Assembly: GCA_965248355.1 (NCBI GenBank)
Contig: OZ252098.1
Coordinates: 864,001-928,000 of the forward strand
Direction of reading: 5' to 3'
Length of the DNA: 64,000 nucleotides
Origin: Candidatus Latescibacterota bacterium
GTDB lineage: Bacteria; Latescibacterota; UBA2968; UBA8231
In this document: positions 46,311 to 55,787 of the stretch, in pieces
Layout of the letters: each line of letters opens with the position of its first letter
Position numbering within the stretch: the first letter of the stretch is position 1
The notes under the pieces: model-generated
Told to the model about the DNA's origin: nothing
Databases searched by the model: none
Seen by the model: the letters and a program-made list of their open reading frames with translations, nothing else
Position numbers and translations under genes: made by a program

Positions 46311-47315
46311 TCAGGCCACCCGGTACCGCTCGACCACGTCGAGGTCGACGTGAACCCCCAGGCCGGGCCCCTCGGGCACGATGAAGTGGCCCTCTTCAAC
46401 GGCGAGGGACCCATCGCAGATGTCGGCCACCCGGGTGAAGGGCAGCTCGTCGCACGGCAGCGTGGCGTTCGGCATCGTCGCCTGCAGGTGCACGGAATAG
46501 GCTGCGTGAACGCCCAGGCAAAGCCCGCCCTTCTGCACCCAGACGGGCACGTTGGCCGCCTGGGCCAGGGCGGCCAACGTGCGGACCTGCACCGCGGGCC
46601 CCCCGATGTTCAGGTAGTCGATGGCCTCGGCCTTGAGCGCCGCCAGAACAGCGGAAGGCGAGCCGAGGTGGAGAGCCTGGGGAATCCAGGTCTTCTCGCG
46701 CAGCAGCCGGTACCAGTCGAGATTGTCCTTGAGGACGGGATCCTCGAAGTTGGCCACGGTGCCGAAGGGCTCCAGTTTGGCCGCCAGCCGGGCCGCCACG
46801 GAGGGCTGAACGAACTGGGTATTCGGGTCGACACCGACCGTGTAGTCCGGGCCGGCGGCCTCCTTCATCAGACGCACGGTCTCGACGATGTCCCATGGCC
46901 GCGCCTTGAGCTTGTGGTTCGTGAACCCCTTGCGGACTCCCACCTCGGCTTCGGCCGCGGTCTCGGCCGGCTCCATGTGGCAGGACCAGTAGGAGACAGG
47001 GACTCGGTCCCGCACCTTGGCGCCGAAGAAACGGTGCACGGGCACCCCCCAGGCCTGGCCGGCGATGTCGAGCAGGGCGCAGCAGATCGGATCCGGCTGG
47101 GCGAAGGCGTCGAGGGCCAACGGATCCTGGCCGGCCAAGGTGGCGAAACCGGCCTCGAGGTCGGCCTTGCGGCCCTGGCACTCGCCCCAGCCGGTCAGAC
47201 CTTCGTCCGTTCCCAGCCGGACCAGGGTGAGATCGTAGATCTTCGGGACGTACCTGGCGATGGGAGGGATAGGCGGTATCTCGACTTCGAACAGCTCCAC
47301 GGCGGTGATCTTCAT
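46311..47315 (-). CDS. Mandelate racemase/muconate lactonizing enzyme family
   Basis: TDEGLTGWGE, KLK, VDPN, FEDP, PEGPGLGV. Confidence 0.88.
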   Translation of the reverse strand: MKITAVELFEVEIPPIPPIARYVPKIYDLTLVRLGTDEGLTGWGECQGRKADLEAGFATLAGQDPLALDAFAQPDPICCALLDIAGQAWGVPVHRFFGAKVRDRVPVSYWSCHMEPAETAAEAEVGVRKGFTNHKLKARPWDIVETVRLMKEAAGPDYTVGVDPNTQFVQPSVAARLAAKLEPFGTVANFEDPVLKDNLDWYRLLREKTWIPQALHLGSPSAVLAALKAEAIDYLNIGGPAVQVRTLAALAQAANVPVWVQKGGLCLGVHAAYSVHLQATMPNATLPCDELPFTRVADICDGSLAVEEGHFIVPEGPGLGVHVDLDVVERYRVA

Positions 47316-47376
47316 CAGGTCGGCCTTTCTCGGGGGGCCCTGCGGGCTGCCTCGGAGCACAAGATAGGAGGATTCT

Positions 47377-48126
47377 GTGGAAGCCGCCTCGACGACGGAC
47401 CTGGGGATCCTGAACGCCGTTCTCGGCCTGGCGGCGCTCGTCGCCTCGGTGACCGGATTCGGCTACGCCCTGGTGGCCGTGCCCCTGCTGGTGCTCCTGC
47501 TGCCCCCGGTGCGGCTGGTGCCTGTCGTGCTCATCAGCTGGGTACCCCTCGCCCTCCTCCTGCTGGCCCAGAGCTGGAGGCACCTCGACCCGGGGCGGCT
47601 CCTGCGCCTGCTCGCCGGTGCCTTGTTCGGCGCACCACTCGGGATCTTCATGTTGTCGTCCCTGCCGGAGCCGACGATGCGATCCGTCATCGGCGCCATC
47701 ACCCTGCTCGCCGCCGCCTCGCTTCTGTTCCGGCCCCGACGGCCTTTCGCCCGCGAGGGACCCGCCTTGCTGATGGCCGGCCTCTTCAGCGGGATCACGG
47801 GGGGGGCCAGCGGCATGTCGGGACCGCCGATCGTGCTTCTCGGCCTCAAGCAACGCTGGGAGGCCGAGGGATTCCGCGCCGACCTGCTCTGCTTCTTCCT
47901 CCTTCTCCACGCCTCCGTTGCGGCCGGGCTGGGCCACATGGGCCTGCTCTCCGGCGGGATTCTCCAGCTTTCCCTCGCCGTGCTTCCGGGCGTGTTTCTG
48001 GGATACGCGGTCGGCACGAAGCTGAGGGGACGTATCGATGCTCCCATGTACCGGCGGCTGGCCGTCTCGATCGTCGTCGTGGGCGGGATCTGGGCGCTCC
48101 TCTCCCCCCTGGCCCAAGGGCTGTGA
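47377..48126 (+). CDS. TauE/SafE-family exporter
   Basis: TGFGYALV, GGASGMSGPP, multiple TM segments. Confidence 0.85.
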   Translation: MEAASTTDLGILNAVLGLAALVASVTGFGYALVAVPLLVLLLPPVRLVPVVLISWVPLALLLLAQSWRHLDPGRLLRLLAGALFGAPLGIFMLSSLPEPTMRSVIGAITLLAAASLLFRPRRPFAREGPALLMAGLFSGITGGASGMSGPPIVLLGLKQRWEAEGFRADLLCFFLLLHASVAAGLGHMGLLSGGILQLSLAVLPGVFLGYAVGTKLRGRIDAPMYRRLAVSIVVVGGIWALLSPLAQGL

Positions 48127-48130
48127 TCTG

Positions 48131-48811
48131 ATGGATGGAGGAAAGGCAGCGCGCCAGGCGATCGAGAGCGTGCGCCGCTACTACGACGAGCGCGGGATCT
48201 TCCTGGGCCGGTGGGGCTTCGGCCGGCGTCCCGCGCTGGTCGTCATCGACATGGCCTACGGGTGGACCGACCCGGCCTACGCCACCGGTTCCAGCAGGCT
48301 GGACGAGGCCGTGGAGGGCATCGGCCGGCTGCTGCCCATCTGCCGGGAGAAGGGGGTCCCTGTGGTGTACACCACCTCCCCCTATCGTCCGGAGGATGGG
48401 GAGGAGCCCATGCACCGGCGCCAGGACCGGGCCCACCGGCCGTGGGACGCCCGGGCCTGCGAGATCGACGCGAGGTTGAGACCGCGTCGAGGGGAGATCG
48501 TGATCTTCAAGGAGAATGCCTCGGCCTTCTTCGGGACCCATCTGGCGCCTTGTCTGATCGAGCGCGAAGTCGACACGGTGCTGGTGACGGGGTGCTCCAC
48601 GAGCGCTTGCGTGCGGGCTACGGCCACCGACGCCCGGGCCTATCGATTCAGGGCCATCGTGCCTCGTCAGTGCGTGCAGGACCGGTCCGAGGCGGCCCAC
48701 GAGTACAACCTCTTCGACATCGACGCCAAGTTCGGGGACGTGGTCGATATCGAGGAAACCATCGACTACCTCCGGGGCCTTGCGGAGGGAGGACAGGTCG
48801 ACGCGCCATGA
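48131..48811 (+). CDS. Isochorismatase-family cysteine hydrolase
   Basis: ALVVID, K..ASAFFGT, GCSTSACVRAT. Confidence 0.88.
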   Translation: MDGGKAARQAIESVRRYYDERGIFLGRWGFGRRPALVVIDMAYGWTDPAYATGSSRLDEAVEGIGRLLPICREKGVPVVYTTSPYRPEDGEEPMHRRQDRAHRPWDARACEIDARLRPRRGEIVIFKENASAFFGTHLAPCLIEREVDTVLVTGCSTSACVRATATDARAYRFRAIVPRQCVQDRSEAAHEYNLFDIDAKFGDVVDIEETIDYLRGLAEGGQVDAP

Positions 48812-49785
48812 GGATCCTGGTCACCGGGATCACGGGGCGCATCGGTGCCAATCTGGCGGTCCGGCTCGTGCACGCCGGCCACGAGGTTCGCGGCCTGGTG
48901 TGGAGTGGGGATCGGCGCACCCGGAAGCTGGAGGGCCTCGGCGTAGAGCTGGTGGAGGGCAGCCTGACGGAACCGGCGGACGTCGACTCGGCGGTGGACG
49001 GCATGGAGGCGGTCTATCACCTCGGAGCCGCCTTCCAGGGTGGGGGGCCCTTCACCGAGGAGGACTATTTCCGCGTCAACGTGGGGGGGACCTTCCACGT
49101 CCTGCAAGCCTGCCGCCGTCAGCCGGCTTTCCGCCACCTGTTGTTCGCCAGCACCGATGCCCTGTACGAGAAATACGTCCCCGGGGGCCTGCGCGACCCG
49201 ATCACCGAGGACACGCCGCGGCGACCTGCGGGCTGGTATGCCCTGTCGAAGGCGCTCGGGGAGGAGATGTGCGAGGGATACTGGCGCAGCGGCCGGCTGC
49301 CGGTGACGATCCTGCGCTTCTCCATGGTCCTGGGGGCGGGGGAGGTGCTCGACTTTCCGCAGTTCTACCTGAGCCGGATGAAGACCGGCCATCCGGTTCT
49401 GGAGGCCCTCTGGGAAGGAGAGGAGCGTCTCCTGCTGCTGAAGGACGACGCCGGCCGGCCCTACATGAAGCACGTGGCCGACGTGCGCGACATCGTCCAG
49501 GGCTGTCTCTGCGCCCTGGGCAAGGAGCGGGCCTACGGGCGCCGGTACCAGTTGGCCGGCCCCAGGGCTTTCACTTGGGACGAGGTCATCTACCGGCTCA
49601 CCGAGGTGCTCGGGATCCCCTTCGTCGAGGCCTGCCCCGGGGGGGTGCCCACCCACTACGAGTTCGACCTGACACGCTCGATGCGCGAGCTCGGCTTTCA
49701 GCCCCAGTACGACATCGTGCGCATGATCGTTGACGCTCTGTCCCATCGCCGGGGCGAGCCGGTCGGGATCCTGCCGACGGTGTGA
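48808..49785 (+). CDS. NAD-dependent epimerase/dehydratase
   Basis: LVTGITGRIG, YALSK. Confidence 0.88.
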   Translation: MRILVTGITGRIGANLAVRLVHAGHEVRGLVWSGDRRTRKLEGLGVELVEGSLTEPADVDSAVDGMEAVYHLGAAFQGGGPFTEEDYFRVNVGGTFHVLQACRRQPAFRHLLFASTDALYEKYVPGGLRDPITEDTPRRPAGWYALSKALGEEMCEGYWRSGRLPVTILRFSMVLGAGEVLDFPQFYLSRMKTGHPVLEALWEGEERLLLLKDDAGRPYMKHVADVRDIVQGCLCALGKERAYGRRYQLAGPRAFTWDEVIYRLTEVLGIPFVEACPGGVPTHYEFDLTRSMRELGFQPQYDIVRMIVDALSHRRGEPVGILPTV

Positions 49786-49813
49786 GGCCTGACGCGTGAA
49801 AGAGAGGAAGGGA

Positions 49814-51157
49814 ATGGCAAGTGACCGGGAGCAACTGAAGAGCTCTGTCTGCGCCTCCGTCGAGGCCAGCCGGGACCGCATCGTCGGCCTGGGCGAGTCG
49901 GTGATGGACGAGCCGGAGGTCGGGTTCAAGGAGCACCGGACGGCGGACCGCATGAAGGCGGTATTCGAGGAAGCCGGCCTGCCCTTCGAGGGGGGACTCG
50001 CCCTGACGGGTGTTCGGGCCGTGCTGGAGGGTGGCCGGCCCGGGCCGACGCTCGCCCTCATGGGCGAGCTGGACGCCCTGGTCCTTCCCGGCCATCCGCG
50101 CGCCGACCGCGCCACGGGCGCGGCCCACGCCTGCGGTCACAACGCCCAGATCGCCGCCCTCGCCGGCGCGGCCCTGGGTCTGGCCAACTCCGGGATCGCC
50201 CCGCAGTTGTCCGGGCGCGTCGTGTTCTTCGCGGTGCCCGCCGAGGAGTACGTGGAGATCGACTACCGCCTCGATCTCGTGCGCCAGGGGCGGACCACCT
50301 TCCTGGCCGGCAAGCCGGAGCTCCTGCAGCTGGGTGCCTTCGACGACGTCGACATGGCCGTCATGATCCACTCAGGCAGCGGCGATACCCTCGAGGGCTC
50401 GTACGGCTTGTCAGAGTCGTCGAACGGCTTCCTGGCCAAGAGCGTCCGCTTCCATGGCCGGGCCGCGCACTCGGGATTGGCCCCGGAGCGGGGCGTGAAC
50501 GCCCTGAACGCCGCGAGTCTCGCCTTGACCGCCATCAACGGGCAGCGCGAGACCTTCCGCGACGAGGACTGCGTGCGCGTCCACCCCATTCTCACGAAGG
50601 GAGGGGACATCGTCAACATCGTCCCTGCCGAGACGCGCATGGAGACCTACGTGCGGGCGCGCACGGCCCAGGCCATGGAGGACGCCGCCGCCAAGGTCGA
50701 CCGCGCGATCAAGGGTGCGGCCATGGCCTTCGGGTGCACGGTGGAGATCGAGACCCTTCCGGGATACCTGCCCCTCGCCAACGACCCCGAGCTCGCCCGC
50801 CTCTTCCGCAGCAGCGCCGGCCGCCTCTTCGGCGAGCAGGAGTACCAGGCTCTCGCCCACGGAGGCGGGTCCACCGACGCCGGGGATCTGAGCCAGCTCA
50901 TGCCGGTCCTGCATCCGGTGATGACCGGTGCCCGAGGCGCGGCCCACGCCGTGGACTGGCACATCGCCGATCCCGAGGCCGGCTACATGGCGCCGGCGAA
51001 GACACTGGCCATGATGGCCGTCGACCTGCTGTCCCACGGCGCCGAGGGTGCGCGCCGCGTCCTGGCCGAGGCCCGGCCGCCCCTCACGCGGGAGGACTAC
51101 CTGCGACAGCAGAAGGCACGGTTCCGGTCCGAGGTCTACGACCCGGAGGCGGCCTGA
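49814..51157 (+). CDS. M20-family amidohydrolase
   Basis: PEVGFKE, GELDAL, HACGH, PAEE, GSTDAGD. Confidence 0.88.
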   Translation: MASDREQLKSSVCASVEASRDRIVGLGESVMDEPEVGFKEHRTADRMKAVFEEAGLPFEGGLALTGVRAVLEGGRPGPTLALMGELDALVLPGHPRADRATGAAHACGHNAQIAALAGAALGLANSGIAPQLSGRVVFFAVPAEEYVEIDYRLDLVRQGRTTFLAGKPELLQLGAFDDVDMAVMIHSGSGDTLEGSYGLSESSNGFLAKSVRFHGRAAHSGLAPERGVNALNAASLALTAINGQRETFRDEDCVRVHPILTKGGDIVNIVPAETRMETYVRARTAQAMEDAAAKVDRAIKGAAMAFGCTVEIETLPGYLPLANDPELARLFRSSAGRLFGEQEYQALAHGGGSTDAGDLSQLMPVLHPVMTGARGAAHAVDWHIADPEAGYMAPAKTLAMMAVDLLSHGAEGARRVLAEARPPLTREDYLRQQKARFRSEVYDPEAA

Positions 51158-51192
51158 ACAACACACAACCACTTCGATGAAGGGGACAGGAG

Positions 51193-51966
51193 ATGCCGTA
51201 TCGACTCGGGCTGGTCACCTACCAACTGGCCAAGGACTGGGACGTGGAGGAGATCATCGCCAACTGTACCGAGACCGGGTTCGAGGGCGTCGAGCTGCGT
51301 ACAACCCACGCTCACGGGGTCGAGGTGGAGCTCAGCGCCGCGCAGCGCCAGCAGGTGCGCGCCAGGTTCGCCGACTCGGCGGTTGAGCTCGTCGGTCTGG
51401 GCTCGGCCTTCGAGTACGACTCCACCGACGAGGCCGAGCTGCGCCGGAACATCGAAGGCACGAAGGAATACGCCCGCCTTGCGGCGGACGTGGGCGCGCC
51501 GGGGATCAAGGTGCGGCCGAACAAGGTGCACGACGACGAAGGGATCCCGAGAGAGAGGACCTTCGAGCAGATCGGACGAGCCCTGCGGGAATGCGGCGAG
51601 TGCGCCGGGCAGCTCGGCGTCGAGATCCGTCTCGAGGTCCACGGCCGGGTCACCTGCGAGCCGGCGAACATCCGCGCCATCCTCGACCACGCCGATCACG
51701 ACAACGTCTTCGCCTGCTGGAACTCGAATCCGCAGGACGGTGACGACTCGGGCTCGATCGACGCCAACTTCGCCTTGTTGGAGAAGGAGATGCGTCTCGT
51801 GCACATCAACGAGTTGTGGAGCGGTTACCCGTGGGCCCGGCTGTTCGAGCTGCTGCACGACTCGGGCTATGACGGTTTCACCCTGGCCGAGATTCCCCCC
51901 AGCCAGGACCCGCTTCGGCTGATGCGGTACTACCGGGCCCTGTGGCGGGCCTCCGGAGCCGGGTGA
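51193..51966 (+). CDS. Sugar phosphate isomerase/epimerase (xylose-isomerase-like TIM barrel)
   Basis: GFEGVELR, LEVHG, VHINE, GYDG..LAE. Confidence 0.8.
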   Translation: MPYRLGLVTYQLAKDWDVEEIIANCTETGFEGVELRTTHAHGVEVELSAAQRQQVRARFADSAVELVGLGSAFEYDSTDEAELRRNIEGTKEYARLAADVGAPGIKVRPNKVHDDEGIPRERTFEQIGRALRECGECAGQLGVEIRLEVHGRVTCEPANIRAILDHADHDNVFACWNSNPQDGDDSGSIDANFALLEKEMRLVHINELWSGYPWARLFELLHDSGYDGFTLAEIPPSQDPLRLMRYYRALWRASGAG

Positions 51967-52805
51967 TGCCGGAGATCGCCTACGTCAACGGCGTCTTCCT
52001 GCCCATCGACGAGGCCGTGGTTTCCATCGAGGACCGCGGGTTCCAGTTTGCCGATGGCGTGTACGAGGTGGTCGCCACCTACGGTGGGCGGCCGTACGCG
52101 ATGGCAGGCCACCTGAGGCGCCTGGACCGCAGCCTCCGGGAGATCCGCATCGACTTTGACGTGAAGGCCCTTCCTGCCCTCGTGGAGGAGGGGATCCGGC
52201 GCTCGGGCTTCGACGAGACCCTGATCTACATTCAGGTGACCCGCGGGGCGGCTCCCCGCAACCACGAGTTCCCCGAACGCCGCCCGGAACCGACGGTGGT
52301 CATGACGGTGAAGGAGCTGCAACGCCCCGATCCAGGACTGTACGAGGGCGGCGTGAAGGTGATCACCACCCCGGACCTGCGCTGGAAACGCTGCGATATC
52401 AAGTCGATCGCGCTGCTGCCGAACATCCTCGCCAAGCAGCTGGCGCACGAGGCCGGCGCCTACGAGTCCTTGCTGATCGATGCCCTCGGCCGCGTGACCG
52501 AGGGCTCCTCGACCAGCTCCTTCATGGTGGCCGACGGCGCCGTGCACACCTCGCCCGAGGGGCCTCACATCCTGCCTTCGATCACGCGCGGTATCCTGTT
52601 GGACATCATCCGTGATCTGGGCCTCCCGCTGCACGAGAGGTTCTGCCAGGTCGAGGAGTACCGGTCCGCCGAGGAGGTCTTCCTCGCCGGCACCTCGACG
52701 GAGGCCATGCCCGTCGTGCAGGTCGACGACACCCGGATCGGCCCTGGCCGGCCCGGTCCCCTGACGCGGCGGTTCCGGGAGGCCTTCCTCTCCAGGATAG
52801 GCTGA
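51966..52805 (+). CDS. dat: Class IV aminotransferase (D-amino-acid transaminase-like)
   Basis: EDRGFQFADGVYEV, YIQVTRG, RCDIKSIALLPN, ILPSITR, EEVFL. Confidence 0.8.
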   Translation: MPEIAYVNGVFLPIDEAVVSIEDRGFQFADGVYEVVATYGGRPYAMAGHLRRLDRSLREIRIDFDVKALPALVEEGIRRSGFDETLIYIQVTRGAAPRNHEFPERRPEPTVVMTVKELQRPDPGLYEGGVKVITTPDLRWKRCDIKSIALLPNILAKQLAHEAGAYESLLIDALGRVTEGSSTSSFMVADGAVHTSPEGPHILPSITRGILLDIIRDLGLPLHERFCQVEEYRSAEEVFLAGTSTEAMPVVQVDDTRIGPGRPGPLTRRFREAFLSRIG

Positions 52806-52821
52806 AGCCGCCGTACACGAA

Positions 52822-52858
52822 ACGAGGCGGACCCGCCGCCTGGCCGGGTCCGCCTCGT
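52822..52858. terminator. 14-bp perfect hairpin between convergent genes
   Basis: acgaggcggacccg ... cgggtccgcctcgt; only a short U-tract on the minus strand. Confidence 0.6.
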
Positions 52859-52879
52859 ACGTCCCGCCGGGGGGGGCGG

Positions 52880-54289
52880 TCAGTGGATGACGACCATCTT
52901 GGTCTCCGTCATCTCATGGATCGTGTACTTCGGCCCTTCCTTGCCCATGCCCGAGTCCTTCAGCCCGCCGTAGGGCATGAGATCGGCCCGCCACTGGGTG
53001 CCCCAGTTGATGTGGATGTTCCCGGACTCGACCTGCTGCGCGTACTTCAGGGCCCGGTCGATGTCCTGCGTGAAGATCGAAGCCGAAAGCCCGTAGTTGG
53101 TGTCGTTGGCCAGGGCGATGGCTTCGTCGATGTCGTCGACGCGGGTCACGCCCACGGCCGGTCCGAAGATCTCGTCGCGGGAGACGCGCATCTTGGGGGA
53201 CACGTCGGCCAGCACGGTGGGCTCAAGCAGGGTGCCCTCGCGTCCGCCGCCGGTGACCAGGCGGGCGCCGTCGGAGACGGCGTCGGCGATCCAGCTCTGC
53301 ACCCGCTCGGCGTCGGACTCGCGGATCATGGGACCCATCCTGGTCTCCTCCTGCAGAGGATTCCCCGTGGTCAGGCCCTCCACCTTCGGGGTCAAGGCGT
53401 CGATGAAGTCACCGTACACGGGGCCCTCCACGAGGATCCGCTGCGCCGAGATGCAGACCTGGCCGGCGTTGGCGAACCCCGAGGAGGCTACCCCTTCGGC
53501 GACCTTGTCGAGATCGGCGTCGTCCATGACCACTACCGGAGAGTTCGAGCCGAGCTCCATGGTGACCCGCTTCAGGCCGGCGGTCCTGCAGATGTGCTCG
53601 CCCACGTCGCGGGACCCGGTGAAGGAGATCTTGCGCACGCGCTCGTCGGAGGCGATGGCATCGCCGATGGTGGCGCCCGATCCGGTGACGACGCTCACCG
53701 CCTCGGGCGGGAACCCGGCATCGAGCATGATCTCCACCAGCTTGATGCCGGACAGGGGCGTGTCGCTGGCCGGCTTGAGGAGCACGGCGTTCCCCGCGGC
53801 CAGGGCCGGGCCGACCTTGTGGCAGACCAGGTTCAGGGGAAAGTTGAAGGGCGTGATCGCCGCCACCACGCCGCAGGGCACCCGCAGGGTGAAGCCGAAC
53901 TTGCCGGCCCCGTTGGAGGCGCCGCTCAGGTCCAGCGTCTCGCCGGTGAGCCGCTTGGCCTCCTCCGCCGACAGGGTGATCGTCTCCTGGGCCCGCGCCG
54001 CTTCACCCAGGCCTTCGGCGAGGATCTTGCCCTCCTCGAGGGTGATGGTGCGGCCCAGGTCGTCGAGGCGCTCGGTCATCAAGTCGGCGGCCCGGTGCAG
54101 AAGCTCGTAGCGTTCGAAGGCGGGCATGCGGCGCATGATCTCCGCGCCGCGGACCGCGGTGTCGATCGCCTCGGCCACGTCGTCGGTGCCGGCCCTCGGT
54201 ACGGTGTCGACGACGGAGCCGTCGAAGGGGTTGAGGACCTCGATCTCCTCCGTCTTGGCGATCCATTGGCCGCCTACGTGCATCTTCAT
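52880..54289 (-). CDS. Aldehyde dehydrogenase-family protein
   Basis: ITPFNFP, FTGS, MELG, AGQVC, EIFGP, PYGGLKDSG. Confidence 0.93.
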   Translation of the reverse strand: MKMHVGGQWIAKTEEIEVLNPFDGSVVDTVPRAGTDDVAEAIDTAVRGAEIMRRMPAFERYELLHRAADLMTERLDDLGRTITLEEGKILAEGLGEAARAQETITLSAEEAKRLTGETLDLSGASNGAGKFGFTLRVPCGVVAAITPFNFPLNLVCHKVGPALAAGNAVLLKPASDTPLSGIKLVEIMLDAGFPPEAVSVVTGSGATIGDAIASDERVRKISFTGSRDVGEHICRTAGLKRVTMELGSNSPVVVMDDADLDKVAEGVASSGFANAGQVCISAQRILVEGPVYGDFIDALTPKVEGLTTGNPLQEETRMGPMIRESDAERVQSWIADAVSDGARLVTGGGREGTLLEPTVLADVSPKMRVSRDEIFGPAVGVTRVDDIDEAIALANDTNYGLSASIFTQDIDRALKYAQQVESGNIHINWGTQWRADLMPYGGLKDSGMGKEGPKYTIHEMTETKMVVIH

Positions 54290-54341
54290 GGCTTTGATCC
54301 TCTTGCTGAGGTGGTCATTTCGTGAGAGCGGATGAAGATAA

Positions 54342-54857
54342 TCACTCCGAGGACTCGAGGTCGAGGTGCTCCCCGCGGACCCCGCCCGGGCCGACCGTCA
54401 GCATCCCGGTCAGCCGGGGCTTCCGGAACCGCTGGCGCCCGGCGCTGGCGGGATTGAAGTACAGGACGGGCGCCTCGGTCGGCCCCGACTCCTCCAGGAA
54501 AGGGATGTGACTGTGACCGAAGATGACGACCCTCGTGCCAGGGGGCACCGGGTCCCCGGTGGCCCCGCCGCCGGGAGGCGTGAAGATGTGGGTCATGTAG
54601 ATCGAAAGGCCGGCGACGGAGAGGCAGACGGACTCGGGCAGGTGTCCGAGTCCGGGGCCCTCGTCCACGTTGCCTCGTACGGCGATCACGGGGGCGACGT
54701 TGGACAGCTCGTCGAGGATCGACGCGTCCCCAACGTCGCCGGCATGGAGAATGAGGTCGACTCCCGCGTAGAGTTGCGGCACCCTCGGGTCCAGGAACCC
54801 GTGGGTGTCGGAGACGACGCCGGCCCGGAGGCGGGCGGTCAAGGATCCATGGCGCAT
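54342..54857 (-). CDS. YfcE-like metallophosphoesterase (alternative TTG start at 54842)
   Basis: SDTHG, HAGD, RGNVD, GHSH, NPAS. Confidence 0.85.
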   Translation of the reverse strand: MRHGSLTARLRAGVVSDTHGFLDPRVPQLYAGVDLILHAGDVGDASILDELSNVAPVIAVRGNVDEGPGLGHLPESVCLSVAGLSIYMTHIFTPPGGGATGDPVPPGTRVVIFGHSHIPFLEESGPTEAPVLYFNPASAGRQRFRKPRLTGMLTVGPGGVRGEHLDLESSE

Positions 54858-55714
54858 CGGAAGCCGATGCGCGGCCCCTTGTCGCGCGGTTTTCCGAACA
54901 TCCGCATGGCGATGCGAATCTGGTGCGAGGGGGATTTGTAGGATCCTCCCTTGATCACCCTCTTCGTTCCCGACGCCGGTCCGGTGGGATCCCGGACTTC
55001 CTTGGACTGGCGGTAGTAGTCTACCCTGTGCCAGTCGTGCACCCACTCCTCCGCGTTGCCCGACAGATCCATGATCCCGAAGGGACTCACACCGTCGGGA
55101 TAGGAGCCCACCGGGGCGGTCCAGCGGTGGCCGTCCTCGTCGAGCCCGGTCCTCGGTCGGTAGTTCGCCCACCAGACCCCGTTGGAGTACGGATCTCCGG
55201 CGCCCCAGGGGTACTTCCGGTACTCCTTGCCGCGGGCCCCGTACTCCCATTCCGCTTCCGTGGGCAGGCGCCTGCCCGCCCACTGGCAATAGGCGTAGGC
55301 GTCGTACCAGTTGACGCCCACGGCCGGATGGCTGTCCCCGCGCAGATCATCGTTCAAGTAGAGCTGCCCGTGATCCAGATCCGCGGGCTGATCGGGATGG
55401 TTCCACTTCGCGCCGTGGGCGGCGACAGCGTCGAGGAAACGGCGGTACTGGGCGTTCGTCACCTCGTGCTTGTCGAGGTAGTGGGCGCTCAGCTCCACCT
55501 CGTGCACGGGCCGCTCGGCGTAATAGGTGAGCAGGTGGCCGTCCGGTGCCTGGCTGACCTCCTCCTCCCGACCGCCCATGGGAAACGCGCCCTCCGGGAT
55601 AAGGACCATGACCGAGCCGTCGTCGGAGGTGATCACGGGATCCGGGCCGCAGCCGAGGACGACGAGGCCGGCCAGGGCCAGGGCGAAGTGGCGGAGGCGT
55701 GGTGCCTCGGTCAT
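54839..55714 (-). CDS. FGE-sulfatase (SUMF1-fold) lipoprotein
   Basis: Lipobox VLGC, F.MG, EVTNAQY, RLPTEAEWE, DLSGNAEEW, GFRC. Confidence 0.85.
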   Translation of the reverse strand: MTEAPRLRHFALALAGLVVLGCGPDPVITSDDGSVMVLIPEGAFPMGGREEEVSQAPDGHLLTYYAERPVHEVELSAHYLDKHEVTNAQYRRFLDAVAAHGAKWNHPDQPADLDHGQLYLNDDLRGDSHPAVGVNWYDAYAYCQWAGRRLPTEAEWEYGARGKEYRKYPWGAGDPYSNGVWWANYRPRTGLDEDGHRWTAPVGSYPDGVSPFGIMDLSGNAEEWVHDWHRVDYYRQSKEVRDPTGPASGTKRVIKGGSYKSPSHQIRIAMRMFGKPRDKGPRIGFRCAMDP

Positions 55715-55787
55715 CGTGCGAAGTCTCCTGAGATGAGTGTTATCAGGGTGGTAGAATGACGGCCACCCTTCACGGTTCCCGGGACCG

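Noticed and set aside
54839..55714. FGE-sulfatase protein as a DGR target or a true formylglycine-generating enzyme
   Set aside because: No reverse transcriptase or template repeat seen in the window; the catalytic Cys pair of FGE is absent.
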